Below the pieces are notes generated by a model. The model did no database searches and was not told the origin of the DNA. It saw nothing but the letters and a program-made list of their open reading frames with translations. A stretch of 24,000 nt of DNA from an uncultured Acholeplasmataceae bacterium (GTDB lineage Bacteria > Bacillota_I > Bacilli_A > Acholeplasmatales > UBA5453), in contig CAYLVT010000005.1 in NCBI GenBank assembly GCA_964387195.1, positions 1 through 24,000 of the forward strand, in the 5' to 3' direction. This document shows positions 8,738 through 19,496 of this stretch, in pieces (within the stretch, counting starts at the first letter, position 1; each line of letters starts with the position of its first letter). Both the position numbers and the translations under genes were made by a program.

Positions 8738-9274
8738 ATGAGTAGATTAAGAGATCATTATGAAACAATTAAACCAGAATTAATGAAAACATTTAACTAC
8801 ACATCCGTCATGGAAGTTCCAAAAATCGAAAAGATTGTAGTGAATATGGGTGTGGGTGATGCGGTTGCTAACCCTAAAGCCTTAGATGACGCTGTTGTTG
8901 AACTTGGTTTAATCACCGGTCAAAAACCCATTGTCAGTAAAGCTAAAAAATCAATCGCTAACTTCAAATTAAGAGAAGGTATGGCCATTGGTTGTAAAGT
9001 AACCCTTAGAGGGGAAAGAATGTATTATTTCTTAGATAAACTCATCTCAATCGCTCTACCAAGAGTAAGAGATTTTAGAGGGGTATCTAAAGAATCATTT
9101 GATGGCCGAGGTAACTATACACTCGGAGTTAAGGAACAATTAATATTCCCAGAAATTAACTATGATAACGTTAAAAAAGTTAGAGGAATGGATATTGTTA
9201 TCGTAACAACGGCTAAAACCGATGAAGAAGGCAGAGCGCTTTTAAAACAACTCGGTATGCCGTTTAGAAAGTAG
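8738..9274 (+). CDS. rplE: 50S ribosomal protein L5 (uL5)
   Basis: [21 protein letters not shown]...[18 protein letters not shown]. Confidence 0.97.
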   Translation: MSRLRDHYETIKPELMKTFNYTSVMEVPKIEKIVVNMGVGDAVANPKALDDAVVELGLITGQKPIVSKAKKSIANFKLREGMAIGCKVTLRGERMYYFLDKLISIALPRVRDFRGVSKESFDGRGNYTLGVKEQLIFPEINYDNVKKVRGMDIVIVTTAKTDEEGRALLKQLGMPFRK

Positions 9275-9280
9275 GATAAT

Positions 9281-9466
9281 ATGGCTAAAAAATCACAAAT
9301 AGTTAGACAACAAAGAAAAGCTAAGTTTTCCAGTAGAGCTTACACAAGATGTAGTATTTGCGGAAGACCTCATGCTGTATATAAAAAATTTGGTTTATGC
9401 CGTATTTGTTTTAGAGAAATGGCTTACAAAGGTGAAATTCCTGGCGTTAAGAAAGCCAGCTGGTAA
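9281..9466 (+). CDS. rpsN: 30S ribosomal protein S14, short zinc-binding type (type Z)
   Basis: 61 aa with [20 protein letters not shown] (CxxC...CxxC); between rplE and rpsH. Confidence 0.96.
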   Translation: MAKKSQIVRQQRKAKFSSRAYTRCSICGRPHAVYKKFGLCRICFREMAYKGEIPGVKKASW

Positions 9467-9478
9467 GGAGGAAAAAAC

Positions 9479-9877
9479 ATGGTTATGACTGATCCAATCG
9501 CAGATATGCTAACGCGTATACGAAATGCGAATCAAATGCATCATGAAACAGTAGAAATTCCTGCTTCAAAGTTAAAACAAGATGTCTTAAGAGTATTAAA
9601 AGAAGAAGGCTTCATTGTGGATTACTTATTTGAAGAAGGGGCAAATCCTCAAGGCGTATTAAAAGTTACATTAAAATATAATAATAACGAACGCGTCATT
9701 AAAGGATTAAAAAGGATATCGAAACCAGGCCTTAGAGTTTACGCTAAGGTAGAAGAATTACCAAGAGTCTTAAACGGTTTAGGTATTGCAGTAATCAGTA
9801 CCTCTAAAGGAATTATGACTGATAGAGAAGCCAGATTACAACAAATAGGTGGCGAAGTACTCGCCTATGTTTGGTAG
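9479..9877 (+). CDS. rpsH: 30S ribosomal protein S8 (uS8)
   Basis: [17 protein letters not shown]...GGEVLAYVW, nearly collinear with Bacillus S8. Confidence 0.97.
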   Translation: MVMTDPIADMLTRIRNANQMHHETVEIPASKLKQDVLRVLKEEGFIVDYLFEEGANPQGVLKVTLKYNNNERVIKGLKRISKPGLRVYAKVEELPRVLNGLGIAVISTSKGIMTDREARLQQIGGEVLAYVW

Positions 9878-9888
9878 GAGGGGAAATT

Positions 9889-10428
9889 ATGTCACGAATA
9901 GGTAATAAAGTGATTAAAGTCCCAGAAGGTGTAAATGTAGAAATCGAGAATAACTTAGTTACCGTTAAAGGACCTCAAGGTACTTTAACAAGACAGTTTT
10001 CTGATATGGTTGAACTTACTATAGAAGACAATCAAATTACCGTAAAACGTAGTGGTAACAGTGAGTTAGAAAGAAAGAATCACGGGACTGCAAGAGCACT
10101 TTTATCAAATATGGTAGAAGGCGTTCACACTAAATTTAAAAAAGAATTAGAAATTATTGGTACAGGATATCGTGCTCAATTACAAGGTAAAGTATTAACC
10201 ATTATGGCAGGGTATTCACACAACATCGAATTTGAAATACCAGAAGGCATCCAAGTAACTGTGCCTAGAAATACCGTTGTTATTATTGAAGGTATTGATA
10301 AGCAAGTCGTTGGAGAATTTGCGGCTAACGTAAGAAAGGTAAGAAGACCTGAACCGTATAAAGGTAAAGGTATTCGCTACAAAGATGAATACGTCAGACG
10401 TAAGGAAGGTAAAACTGCTAAGAAGTAG
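9889..10428 (+). CDS. rplF: 50S ribosomal protein L6 (uL6)
   Basis: ATG 9889 after [25 protein letters not shown]... ORF-track start 9871 overlaps the rpsH end. Confidence 0.96.
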   Translation: MSRIGNKVIKVPEGVNVEIENNLVTVKGPQGTLTRQFSDMVELTIEDNQITVKRSGNSELERKNHGTARALLSNMVEGVHTKFKKELEIIGTGYRAQLQGKVLTIMAGYSHNIEFEIPEGIQVTVPRNTVVIIEGIDKQVVGEFAANVRKVRRPEPYKGKGIRYKDEYVRRKEGKTAKK

Positions 10429-10438
10429 GAGGGGTAAA

Positions 10439-10789
10439 ATGATAAAAAAACAATCAAGTAACGCAATGCGTCAAAAACGTCATCTGCGTATAAGAAAACA
10501 TATTTCAGGTACACCTGAAAGACCAAGACTATCAGTATATCGCTCTAATAAGCAGTTTTACGTTCAACTTATTGATGACGTTAACGGACACACTTTAGTA
10601 TTTGCGCATTCAAGTGATGTTGGCAAACACGCAAACATTGAAACCGCAAAAGGTGTTGGAAAATTACTAGCTGAAAAAGCGAAAGAAAAAGGAATCACTA
10701 CAATCGTATTCGATAGAAGTGGTTACTTATATCATGGAAGAATTAAAGCATTAGCCGAAGCATTAAGAGAAGCCGGCTTGCAATTTTAG
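10439..10789 (+). CDS. rplR: 50S ribosomal protein L18 (uL18)
   Basis: ATG 10439 after [46 protein letters not shown]... Confidence 0.96.
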   Translation: MIKKQSSNAMRQKRHLRIRKHISGTPERPRLSVYRSNKQFYVQLIDDVNGHTLVFAHSSDVGKHANIETAKGVGKLLAEKAKEKGITTIVFDRSGYLYHGRIKALAEALREAGLQF

Positions 10790-10798
10790 GAGGGAATC

Positions 10799-11308
10799 AT
10801 GCGTAAACAAAGACAAAGAAGAGAACGTGAAGTAGACGTATTTGAGGACCGCGTAGTCTCTATTAATAGAGTTACTAAAGTTGTTAAAGGTGGTAGAAGA
10901 ATTAGATTTTCAGCCCTTGTTGTGGTTGGAGATAAAAATGGCACTGTGGGCTTTGGTTTAGGTAAAGCTCAAGAAGTACCAGATGCAATTAAAAAGGCGA
11001 TTCAAAATGCAAGAAAAAACACAGTTAAAATATCTTTGGTTGGTGGGACTATCCCTCATGAAATCAATGGTAAGTTTGGTGCCGGACAAGTATTCTTACG
11101 TCCAGCAAGCGAAGGTACTGGAGTGATTGCGGGTGGGGCAGTAAGAACCATTTGCGAATTAGCAGGCATTGAAGATATTTTATCTAAATCTATTGGATCT
11201 AAGTCTCCAATTAACACCGTCAGAGCAACATTCAATGGTCTTGAAAATTTAAGAACCGCTGAAGAAGTTGCCCTATTACGTGGTGTAGAAGTTGAGAGGT
11301 TAATGTAA
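10799..11308 (+). CDS. rpsE: 30S ribosomal protein S5 (uS5)
   Basis: ...[28 protein letters not shown]..., typical uS5. Confidence 0.97.
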   Translation: MRKQRQRREREVDVFEDRVVSINRVTKVVKGGRRIRFSALVVVGDKNGTVGFGLGKAQEVPDAIKKAIQNARKNTVKISLVGGTIPHEINGKFGAGQVFLRPASEGTGVIAGGAVRTICELAGIEDILSKSIGSKSPINTVRATFNGLENLRTAEEVALLRGVEVERLM

Positions 11309-11487
11309 TGAAACTACAAATCACATTAACAAGAAGTTTAATTGCTAGAAAACCTAATCAACGTAAAACAGCTCATGCCTTAGGACTTAGAAAAATTGGC
11401 CAAGTAGTTGTTAAAGAAAAGAACGACGCTATTGTAGGAATGATTGAAACAATCAAACACTTAGTAGACGTTGTAGAAGTGCATTAG
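11308..11487 (+). CDS. rpmD: 50S ribosomal protein L30 (uL30); absent from the ORF track (59 aa)
   Basis: Hand translation from ATG 11308 (TAATG overlap with the rpsE stop): [62 protein letters not shown] 11485-11487. Expected position between rpsE and rplO. Confidence 0.92.
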   Translation: MKLQITLTRSLIARKPNQRKTAHALGLRKIGQVVVKEKNDAIVGMIETIKHLVDVVEVH

Positions 11488-11496
11488 GAGGTTACT

Positions 11497-11934
11497 ATGT
11501 TACACGAATTAAAACCTAATGAAGGTGCAAGAAAATCAAGGAAACGTGTAGGACGCGGTATGGGTTCTGGTCATGGTAAAACTAGTGGTAAAGGTCATAA
11601 AGGACAAAAAGCACGTAGTGGAAACCAACCTCGCCCAGGCTTTGAAGGTGGACAAATTCCCTTCTTCCAACGTATTCCTAAACGTGGATTTAAAAATGTG
11701 AACCATATCGAATACGCTACGATAAACTTAAAAGATTTAAACGTATTTGAAGATGATGATGTGGTAACACCAGAAGTATTATTAGAAAAGAGAATTATTA
11801 GAAAGTTAAACTCAGGGTTAAAAGTATTAGCTTATGGAACGTTAGAGAAAAAACTAACCGTTCGTGCACATGCTTTTTCAAAAAATGCTCTTGATGCGAT
11901 TAATCAAGCAGGCGGAACCGCAGAGGTGATCTAG
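11497..11934 (+). CDS. rplO: 50S ribosomal protein L15 (uL15)
   Basis: [42 protein letters not shown]... Confidence 0.97.
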   Translation: MLHELKPNEGARKSRKRVGRGMGSGHGKTSGKGHKGQKARSGNQPRPGFEGGQIPFFQRIPKRGFKNVNHIEYATINLKDLNVFEDDDVVTPEVLLEKRIIRKLNSGLKVLAYGTLEKKLTVRAHAFSKNALDAINQAGGTAEVI

Positions 11935-11935
11935 T

Positions 11936-13222
11936 ATGAGTACTTTTAGAGCCATTTTTTCAAACACAAAGCTGTTAGTAAAAATTGGGATTACCATACT
12001 CATTCTATTTTTATTTAGATTATTAATGTGGGTACCCATTCCCTTAGTTGACACGAGTGGTATTGCAAATATTATTGATAGCGGCTTTATTGCCATTTTG
12101 AATAACTTCTCAGGGGGAGCCCTTGGTAGATTTTCATTAATGGCAATGGGTATTAGCCCATACATCACCGCATCGATTGTTGTTCAATTACTCCAAATGG
12201 ACATTGTTCCTGTGTTAAAAGAGTGGAGTGAGCAAGGCGAAAACGGAAAACGAAAATTAAACCGTTTAACACGAATCTTAGGGTTATTCCTTGCGTTCAT
12301 TCAAGGTATGATATTTGTTTTAGGTATGCGTTATTCAATTACTGATCCTGGTATTATGGATGGCGTACACGTTTATATATTTATCGCACTTATGGTTACA
12401 GCAGGTACAGCGATTGCGATGTGGTTAGCTGATTTAATCACACGTTATGGTATTGGTAATGGCGCAAGTATGTTAATTGTGGCAGGTATCATTCCATCCC
12501 TTCCTGCGATGGTTGTTGCACTTTGGAATAAATACATCATTCCTGGTGGTGGGTTAAATGTGTTCTTCTTTATTTTAATATTGGTATTATTCTTAGGAAT
12601 CTTAATCGCGGTTACGTATTTAGAACTTGCGAAAAGAAAAATCCCTATTCAATATGCAAATAGACGAAGTGGACAAGGACAAACAGACTCAAACTTACCA
12701 ATTAAGTTAAACACCGCAGGGGTAATTCCAGTTATCTTTGCATCAACTATTTTGTCAATACCTCTATCAGTAGCAGGGTTCTTTTCACAAGAATCAAGTG
12801 GTGGTGTCGGTTATTGGTTTAACCAAATCTTTTCCTACCATCAACCAATAGGCTTTGTCCTATATATGTTATTAATTTTGGTATTTGCATTTTTCTATTC
12901 GTTCTTAATGTTAAACCCAGAACAAGTTGCAGATAACTTATCAAAGAGTAATGCATACATTCTTGGGATACGTCCAGGGGCGGATACGGAAAACTTTGTA
13001 TCAAGATTATTATTTAAGATTACCATTTTAGGGTCATTATATTTAATGATTTTAGCAGCACTACCGATTATTACATCTGTGATCTTTAGCTTCACACCAC
13101 AAGAAGCACAAGTCATCACTATAGGTGGTACGAGCTTATTGATCGTTGTTGGGGTTGCTTTAGAAACATCGAAGCAAATTATAACTCAAGCAACAGAACA
13201 AGAGTATAAAGGAATATTTTAG
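11936..13222 (+). CDS. secY: Preprotein translocase subunit SecY
   Basis: 428 aa polytopic membrane protein. MAMGISPYITASIVVQLL and GIGNGASMLI motifs; canonical position after rplO. Confidence 0.97.
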   Translation: MSTFRAIFSNTKLLVKIGITILILFLFRLLMWVPIPLVDTSGIANIIDSGFIAILNNFSGGALGRFSLMAMGISPYITASIVVQLLQMDIVPVLKEWSEQGENGKRKLNRLTRILGLFLAFIQGMIFVLGMRYSITDPGIMDGVHVYIFIALMVTAGTAIAMWLADLITRYGIGNGASMLIVAGIIPSLPAMVVALWNKYIIPGGGLNVFFFILILVLFLGILIAVTYLELAKRKIPIQYANRRSGQGQTDSNLPIKLNTAGVIPVIFASTILSIPLSVAGFFSQESSGGVGYWFNQIFSYHQPIGFVLYMLLILVFAFFYSFLMLNPEQVADNLSKSNAYILGIRPGADTENFVSRLLFKITILGSLYLMILAALPIITSVIFSFTPQEAQVITIGGTSLLIVVGVALETSKQIITQATEQEYKGIF

Positions 13223-13230
13223 GTGATCAT

Positions 13231-13884
13231 ATGCGACTAATAATTATGGGTCCACCAGCATCCGGAAAAGGCTCACAAGGTCCTTTCATTGAGGCACATT
13301 ATCACATTCCTCATATATCAACCGGCGCAATGTTTCGCGAAGAAATCAAGAAAGGTTCAAAACTCGGACTTGAACTAAAAGCGATACTAGACAAAGGTCA
13401 ATTTGTAAATGATGAATTAACCAATGAAATGGTTAAATCAAGACTTTTAGAAGACGATGCAAAAAAAGGATTTTTACTAGATGGTTATCCTAGAACGGTA
13501 CCTCAAGCGTTATTTTTAGATGCGTTCTTAGAAAGCCAAGGCTTAAAAATAGATTATGCAATTAACTTATACGCTGATGAAGACTTATTAATTAAACGCG
13601 TTACAGGCAGAAGAACTTGCCCTAAGTGCGGCGCAATATATAACATTCATTCAGATTTAAGACCTAAAGTAGAAAACATCTGTGATATTTGTGGAACCAA
13701 ACTAGTTAAAAGAAGCGATGACACTGAAGATGTAATTAAAGAAAGGCTTGTAGTCTACCATAACAAAACAGAACCCATTATCAATTATTATAAAGATAAA
13801 GGAATCATTGTGGATGTAGATGGTGCACTATCAGCCGAGGGAACTTTTTTACAGTTTAAACAATTAATTGGTGATAAAGAATGA
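13231..13884 (+). CDS. adk: Adenylate kinase (Cys4 zinc lid)
   Basis: P-loop [22 protein letters not shown], lid CPKCGAIYN...CDICG. TGA stop overlaps the map start (ATGA). Confidence 0.97.
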   Translation: MRLIIMGPPASGKGSQGPFIEAHYHIPHISTGAMFREEIKKGSKLGLELKAILDKGQFVNDELTNEMVKSRLLEDDAKKGFLLDGYPRTVPQALFLDAFLESQGLKIDYAINLYADEDLLIKRVTGRRTCPKCGAIYNIHSDLRPKVENICDICGTKLVKRSDDTEDVIKERLVVYHNKTEPIINYYKDKGIIVDVDGALSAEGTFLQFKQLIGDKE

Positions 13885-14627
13885 TTACCATTAAATCACA
13901 AAACGAAATCTCTCTCATGCGTAAGGCCGGCCACATGGTCGCCCTTACCCGTGAAGAGTTAAAAAAACACATCAAACCAGGCGTTACCACAAAACAATTA
14001 GATGAGATTGCTGAGAAGTTTATTTATTCTCTTGGAGGAATCCCCTCTTTCAAAGGATATAACGGGTTTCCAGGATCCATTTGTACATCAGTTAATGAAG
14101 TGGTAGTGCATGGGATACCTTCAAACACTAAATTAAAAGAAGGCGACATTATTACGCTTGATATTGGTGTTTATTATGAAGGATTCCATGGCGATTCAGC
14201 TTGGACGTATGGTGTAGGTAAAATTAGTGAAGCGGATCAAAAGCTATTAGATGTTACTCTAAACAGCCTATATGCTGGTTTAAAAGAAGCGAAACCAAAT
14301 AACCGCGTAGGTGATATCTCTCATGCGATACAATCTTATGTAGAACCATATGGATATGGCATCGTAGAGGAGTTTACCGGACACGGTATAGGTAGGGAAC
14401 TTCATGAAGATCCTTATATACCTAACTTTGGACAACCTAAAACAGGCGCCCTTTTAAGAAAAGGGATGACTATATGCGTAGAGCCAATGATCAACTTAGG
14501 AACAAAAAGGGTTAAAGTCTTAAAAGACAATTGGACAACCGTTACACTAGATAAAAAGAAGAGTGCACATTTTGAACACATGATCGCCATCACAGATGAT
14601 GGTTATGAAATTTTAACAGAACTTTAA
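13881..14627 (+). CDS. map: Type I methionine aminopeptidase
   Basis: [37 protein letters not shown] metal-ligand motifs. Confidence 0.96.
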   Translation: MITIKSQNEISLMRKAGHMVALTREELKKHIKPGVTTKQLDEIAEKFIYSLGGIPSFKGYNGFPGSICTSVNEVVVHGIPSNTKLKEGDIITLDIGVYYEGFHGDSAWTYGVGKISEADQKLLDVTLNSLYAGLKEAKPNNRVGDISHAIQSYVEPYGYGIVEEFTGHGIGRELHEDPYIPNFGQPKTGALLRKGMTICVEPMINLGTKRVKVLKDNWTTVTLDKKKSAHFEHMIAITDDGYEILTEL

Positions 14628-14637
14628 AGGAGGATTT

Positions 14638-14856
14638 ATGGCACGAGAAGATTTAATTGAAGTACAAGCAAAAGTTGTAGAAGTTCTGCCCAATACCAAG
14701 TTTAGAGTTCAACTTGAAAATGGGCATATCGTTGAAGCACATGTATCTGGTAAAATCCGTATGCACAACATACGCATCTTACCTGGTGATAGCGTTACAG
14801 TAGAGTTATCACCATATGATCTAACTAGGGGAAGAATTACATACCGTAGGAGGTAA
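14638..14856 (+). CDS. infA: Translation initiation factor IF-1
   Basis: 72 aa, [30 protein letters not shown]...[13 protein letters not shown]. Confidence 0.97.
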   Translation: MAREDLIEVQAKVVEVLPNTKFRVQLENGHIVEAHVSGKIRMHNIRILPGDSVTVELSPYDLTRGRITYRRR

Positions 14857-14861
14857 TATAT

Positions 14862-14975
14862 ATGAAAGTAAGAGCATCAGTAAAACCTATTTGCGATAAA
14901 TGTAAAATAATTAAACGCAAAGGTAGAGTAATGGTTATTTGTGAAAATCCAAAACACAAACAACGACAAGGATAA
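14862..14975 (+). CDS. rpmJ: 50S ribosomal protein L36 (bL36), zinc type; absent from the ORF track (37 aa)
   Basis: Hand translation from ATG 14862 after AGGAGG (14848-14853): [40 protein letters not shown] 14973-14975. Confidence 0.93.
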   Translation: MKVRASVKPICDKCKIIKRKGRVMVICENPKHKQRQG

Positions 14976-14987
14976 TAGGAGAATATT

Positions 14988-15353
14988 ATGGCACGTATAG
15001 CAGGCGTGGATATTCCACGAGAAAAAAGAGTGGTCATTTCTTTAACATACATTTATGGTATTGGAAGACCTTTAGCACAACAAATATTACAAGAAGCTAA
15101 CGTTGATGAAAGCGTTAGAGTTAAAGACCTTACCGAAGATGAATTAGGTCGTATTCGTCAAGAAGTCACTAAATATCACGTAGAAGGTGACTTAAGAAGA
15201 GAAGTTTCTATGAACGTTAAACGTTTAATGGAAATCGGTAGCTACCGTGGTATGAGACATAGAAGAGGTTTACCTGTTCGTGGTCAAAATACACAAAACA
15301 ACGCTAGAACCCGTAAAGGTAAAGCAAAAGCTATCACTAAGAAAAAGAAATAG
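14988..15353 (+). CDS. rpsM: 30S ribosomal protein S13 (uS13)
   Basis: [26 protein letters not shown]... Confidence 0.97.
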   Translation: MARIAGVDIPREKRVVISLTYIYGIGRPLAQQILQEANVDESVRVKDLTEDELGRIRQEVTKYHVEGDLRREVSMNVKRLMEIGSYRGMRHRRGLPVRGQNTQNNARTRKGKAKAITKKKK

Positions 15354-15365
15354 GAGGCATTATAA

Positions 15366-15755
15366 ATGGCAAAGAAAAGAAGAGTTACACGTCGTCGTGT
15401 TAAAAGAAATGTGCCACTTGGAATGGCTCATATTCATACTACATTTAATAACACTATCGTCACTATTACAGACCAAGCTGGTAACGCAATCGCTTGGAGT
15501 AGTGCCGGTGCATTAGGCTTTAAAGGGTCTAAAAAATCAACACCATTTGCAGCCCAAATGAGTGCAGAAGCTGCAGCTAAAGCGGCTTTAGATCAAGGTA
15601 TGATCAAAGTTGATGTAAGTGTTAAAGGACCTGGTCCTGGTAGAGAAGCTGCGATTCGTTCTCTACAAGCAGCGGGTTTAGAAATTACATCAATCCGTGA
15701 TGTTACACCAGTACCACATAACGGTTGTCGTCCACCAAAACGACCACGCGGTTAG
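15366..15755 (+). CDS. rpsK: 30S ribosomal protein S11 (uS11)
   Basis: ...[30 protein letters not shown]...[12 protein letters not shown]. Confidence 0.97.
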   Translation: MAKKRRVTRRRVKRNVPLGMAHIHTTFNNTIVTITDQAGNAIAWSSAGALGFKGSKKSTPFAAQMSAEAAAKAALDQGMIKVDVSVKGPGPGREAAIRSLQAAGLEITSIRDVTPVPHNGCRPPKRPRG

Positions 15756-15777
15756 TAAGTAAAGGGAGGTAATCATT

Positions 15778-16773
15778 TTGCAAGAATTAAAATTTTCTAA
15801 ACCAGATGTTAAAGTAGAAACAGACCCTAAAAACCCCAATAAAGCATCATTCACCATTTCACCGCTTGAAAGAGGCTATGGTACAACCATTGGTAATACA
15901 CTTAGACGTATTTTATTATCAAGTTTACCAGGGACAGCCATTGTCAATGTGAGAATTGATGGTGTGGAGCATGAATTTCAAACGATTGAAGGTGTTCATG
16001 AAGATGTCATGAGTATCGTTCTTAACTTAAAAAGAGTAATTTTCCATACCGATTCAATCGATTCAAACTTTGAAAAACATATTGAACTTCATGCGAGTGG
16101 TGAAGGCGTAGTTACAGCGGGTGATTTTAGCGTAGACACAGAACTCAAGGTGATTAACCCTGATCAAGTGATTGCTACACTTAGTGAAGGTGGCAAACTA
16201 TCTATGTTCTTAACCGTAAGACGTGGCATTGGCTATGTTGGTTCTGAAAGTAACAAGGTATTTTCAAATGTAATAGGTACGATTTCGATCGACTCATTAT
16301 TCACACCAGTATTAAGAGTTTCATATAAAGTAGATAAAACAAGAGTTGATAGAGATGCAAACTATGATAAACTAGAAATGGAAGTCGAAACAAATGGCGC
16401 ATTAAAGCCTCATGAAGCGGTTTCTCTAGCTAGTAAAATGATGATTGACTACTTAACGGTTATCGTTGATTTAGATGAGGCAACACATGAACTAGACTTT
16501 ATGGGTGAATCACCTGAAGCAACTGAAGATAAAAAGTTAGATAAACCTATTGAAGAGCTCGATTTATCCGTTCGTTCATTCAACTGTTTAAAACGTGCCG
16601 GTATTAATACCTTAGCGGAATTAACTAAGAAGAGTGAAGAAGAAATGATGAGAGTTAGAAACTTAGGTAGAAAATCATTAAAAGAAGTTAAAGATAAACT
16701 AGATGAATTAGGATTGTCATTCGCTCCAAGTTTTATTGGTAGAAAACAAGAAGACACTTCTAATGTAGAATAA
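15778..16773 (+). CDS. rpoA: DNA-directed RNA polymerase subunit alpha
   Basis: TTG start 15778 after GGGAGG (15764-15769). PLERGYGTTIGNTLRRILLSSLPG; C-terminal domain LDLSVRSFNCLKRAGINTLAEL. Confidence 0.96.
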   Translation: MQELKFSKPDVKVETDPKNPNKASFTISPLERGYGTTIGNTLRRILLSSLPGTAIVNVRIDGVEHEFQTIEGVHEDVMSIVLNLKRVIFHTDSIDSNFEKHIELHASGEGVVTAGDFSVDTELKVINPDQVIATLSEGGKLSMFLTVRRGIGYVGSESNKVFSNVIGTISIDSLFTPVLRVSYKVDKTRVDRDANYDKLEMEVETNGALKPHEAVSLASKMMIDYLTVIVDLDEATHELDFMGESPEATEDKKLDKPIEELDLSVRSFNCLKRAGINTLAELTKKSEEEMMRVRNLGRKSLKEVKDKLDELGLSFAPSFIGRKQEDTSNVE

Positions 16774-16782
16774 GGAGATATT

Positions 16783-17142
16783 ATGGCATATTCAAAATTA
16801 AGACGCTCAAGTTCTCAAAGAAAAGCATTATTAAGAGACTTAGTTACGGATTTAATCATTAATGAAAGAATACAAACGACTGAAGCTAAAGCAAAAGAAT
16901 TAAAACGTTTAGCAGATAAAATGGTAACTTTAGGTAAAAAGAATACCCTTCATTCAAGAAGACAAGCTGCAAAATTGATTCGTCCTGAGCAAGTTTCAGA
17001 AACACAAACAGCCCTTCAAAAGTTATTCGATGAAATCGCACCTAGATTTCAAGAACGTGAAGGTGGTTACACAAGATTATACAAAATCATGCCAAGACGT
17101 GGTGATAATGCACCCATGGCAATCATTGAGTTTGTAGAATAA
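16783..17142 (+). CDS. rplQ: 50S ribosomal protein L17 (bL17)
   Basis: [39 protein letters not shown]... Confidence 0.97.
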   Translation: MAYSKLRRSSSQRKALLRDLVTDLIINERIQTTEAKAKELKRLADKMVTLGKKNTLHSRRQAAKLIRPEQVSETQTALQKLFDEIAPRFQEREGGYTRLYKIMPRRGDNAPMAIIEFVE

Positions 17143-17151
17143 TAATTAATG

Positions 17152-17185
17152 GACTATTGTAGGTAACTATAATAGTCTTTTTTTT
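17152..17185 (+). terminator. Rho-independent terminator ending the r-protein cluster
   Basis: 11-bp stem GACTATTGTAG (17152-17162) / CTATAATAGTC (17167-17177) with one G-U pair, GTAA loop, then eight T (17178-17185). Confidence 0.85.
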
Positions 17186-17273
17186 ATGTTTAAATGAAAT
17201 AATTATCAATATAATTATATGTATAAATTATTAATTATACATAGTATAAAAAAATAGGCATGGTTATACTATA

Positions 17274-17302
17274 TTTATAGATGCCATAACATAGTGTATA
17301 AT
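17274..17302 (+). promoter_or_regulatory. Possible promoter for pepF
   Basis: TATAAT 17297-17302 with weak -35 TTTATA (17274-17279) at 17-nt spacing. A second TATAAT sits at 17309-17314. In an AT-rich intergenic region such matches are weak evidence. Confidence 0.35.
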
Positions 17303-17329
17303 AGAATATATAATCATAAGGAGGCTTTT

Positions 17330-19015
17330 ATGACATTTAATGAATACATTTACAAAAGACCAGATGTTAAAAAAATAGGTGAAGAGTTACAACACCTTAT
17401 TAATGAATTTGCACAAGCGGATGCAAATAGACAAGAACAAATTATACGTAAATCATTTAAAATTATGGATGAGGTGTCTAGTATGGCTGTTTTAGCATCC
17501 ATAAGACATACCGTGGATACAAAAGATGAATTTTATTTAGAAGAAAGAAAGTATTTAGATGAAAATCAACCGCTACTTTCGAAATTTGCAAATGATTTTA
17601 ATCAGTTGGCTTTTAATAGTGTCCATAAGGATCACTTAGTCAAAGCGTTTGGTCAATATTTCTTTGACCAAATTGAAGTTGGACTAAAAGCGTTTGATGA
17701 AAAAATGATTCCTCTACTAATTGAGGAAAACAAGCTCTCTACGGAATATGATAAGCTGATTGCGAGTGCTCAAATTGAATTTGAAGGTAAAACATACACA
17801 TTAACGCAAATGAGCCCATTCATCCAACATATCAATAGAGATACTAGACATAAAGCACAACTTAAAGTTTCTGGCTTCTTTAAAGAAAACGAAGATAAGA
17901 TCGATGAAATCTATGACAAACTTGTTAAAGTAAGACATGAAATGGCTTTAATTAAAGGCTATGAAAACTTTATTGAACTTGGGTATTATCGTATGGATAG
18001 AACCGACTATAATCATGAAGATGTTTATAAGTATAGAGAACAAATAAAAGAAGTGGTTGTACCAGCGGTTTCTAAACTACACAAGAGAAAATCTAAACGT
18101 TTAGGTATTAAAGACTTAAAGAGTTACGATACCATCGCTTTTTTATCTGGTAATCCTACACCTAAAGGCACGAAAGATGAACTTGTCAGTGCCGCAAAAT
18201 TGATGTATAAAGAAATGAGTAAAGAAACCGATGAATTTTTTAGTTTCATGTTAAAACATGATCTATTTGATTTAGAATCAAAACCAGGTAAACGTGGGGG
18301 TGGCTATTGTACATACATTCCTAAATACGAATCCCCCTTCATTTTCGCAAACTTTAATGGAACAGCTCATGATGTGGACGTTCTAACCCATGAAGCGGGC
18401 CACGCTTTTCAAGTTTATTCATCAAGACATCATATCCCAAGCCAAAGATGGCCCGGTATGGAGGGAGCTGAGATTCATTCTATGAGTATGGAATTCTTTG
18501 CATGGCCATGGATTGATAAATTCTTTAAAGAAGATGCTAAAAAATATTATTTTACACATCTTTCAGGTGCGATTTCATTCCTACCTTATGGTGCTTTAGT
18601 TGATGAGTTTCAACATGAAGTTTATAAAAACCCATCCATGACACCAGAAGAAAGAAAGCAAACATGGAGAAGACTTGAAAAAATCTACCTACCTAATAAA
18701 GACTACGATGATGATTCATTTATGGAAAAAGGAACGTATTGGTACCGGCAAGGTCATATCTTTAGTTCACCATTTTACTACATCGATTATACGCTCGCTC
18801 AAGTGGTTGCGTTCCAATATTGGATATTAAATAGAGAAAACCATGAAAAAGCATGGCAATCTTATTATAAATTATGTACACTGGGTGGTACGAAAGGCTT
18901 TGTTGGATTAATAGAAGAGTCTGGATTAAATAGCCCATTTATAGAAGGCACCATTAAGAAAACCATTAAACCACTGATGGCATTCCTAGATTCTATTGAC
19001 GATACTAAATTGTAG
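17330..19015 (+). CDS. pepF: M3 family oligoendopeptidase F
   Basis: Zinc motif LTHEAGHAFQ (HExxH), about 560 aa, overall M3B-like architecture. ATG 17330 after AAGGAGG (17318-17324); ORF-track start 17294 has no RBS. Confidence 0.85.
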   Translation: MTFNEYIYKRPDVKKIGEELQHLINEFAQADANRQEQIIRKSFKIMDEVSSMAVLASIRHTVDTKDEFYLEERKYLDENQPLLSKFANDFNQLAFNSVHKDHLVKAFGQYFFDQIEVGLKAFDEKMIPLLIEENKLSTEYDKLIASAQIEFEGKTYTLTQMSPFIQHINRDTRHKAQLKVSGFFKENEDKIDEIYDKLVKVRHEMALIKGYENFIELGYYRMDRTDYNHEDVYKYREQIKEVVVPAVSKLHKRKSKRLGIKDLKSYDTIAFLSGNPTPKGTKDELVSAAKLMYKEMSKETDEFFSFMLKHDLFDLESKPGKRGGGYCTYIPKYESPFIFANFNGTAHDVDVLTHEAGHAFQVYSSRHHIPSQRWPGMEGAEIHSMSMEFFAWPWIDKFFKEDAKKYYFTHLSGAISFLPYGALVDEFQHEVYKNPSMTPEERKQTWRRLEKIYLPNKDYDDDSFMEKGTYWYRQGHIFSSPFYYIDYTLAQVVAFQYWILNRENHEKAWQSYYKLCTLGGTKGFVGLIEESGLNSPFIEGTIKKTIKPLMAFLDSIDDTKL

Positions 19016-19024
19016 GGTGTTTAA

Positions 19025-19462
19025 ATGAAAAGAATACTTCCCTATGTCATTATCTTTACGATTATCGGTTTATCATTAGGTATCTATTATAGAGAACTGA
19101 CGAAGTTTATGAACTTTTATGATACCGTTGGTCAAAAGACAATGTTATCGGTTGCCCATACACATACACTTGTGTTAGGGGCGATGATTCCCCTATTATT
19201 AGGGTTAATGCTTCATCAAACCAATAAAGACATCTCAGATATAAAAATACCTTGGTATTTATATATTATAGGTGGTTCACTTACGATTATTATGATCGTT
19301 ACAAGAGGTTCAATAGAAGTATATAATCTATCACTAACAAAAGGATTAGACGCTTCAATTTCAGGCTTAGCTGGATTAGGCCATACAATGCTTGGGGTAG
19401 GTTTGGTGTGGATATTGTTTAAAATAAGTACATTTTATCATAAAAAAGACGCAAGCATTTAG
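19025..19462 (+). CDS. Small integral membrane protein, DUF2871-like (4 predicted TM helices)
   Basis: 145 aa and hydrophobic. N-terminal GIYYRELTKF and AHTHTLVLG resemble the DUF2871 family from memory. It lies 9 nt after pepF with RBS AGGGTG. Confidence 0.6.
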   Translation: MKRILPYVIIFTIIGLSLGIYYRELTKFMNFYDTVGQKTMLSVAHTHTLVLGAMIPLLLGLMLHQTNKDISDIKIPWYLYIIGGSLTIIMIVTRGSIEVYNLSLTKGLDASISGLAGLGHTMLGVGLVWILFKISTFYHKKDASI

Positions 19463-19478
19463 CTTGCGTTTTTGTTTT
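19442..19478. terminator. Bidirectional intrinsic terminator shared by the DUF2871-like gene (+) and trxA (-)
   Basis: Stem ACGCAAGC (19449-19456) / GCTTGCGT (19462-19469), loop ATTTA, flanked by AAAAAA (19442-19447) and TTTTGTTTT (19470-19478). Lies between convergent genes. Confidence 0.8.
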
Positions 19479-19496
19479 AATAGCGCGATATTCCGA

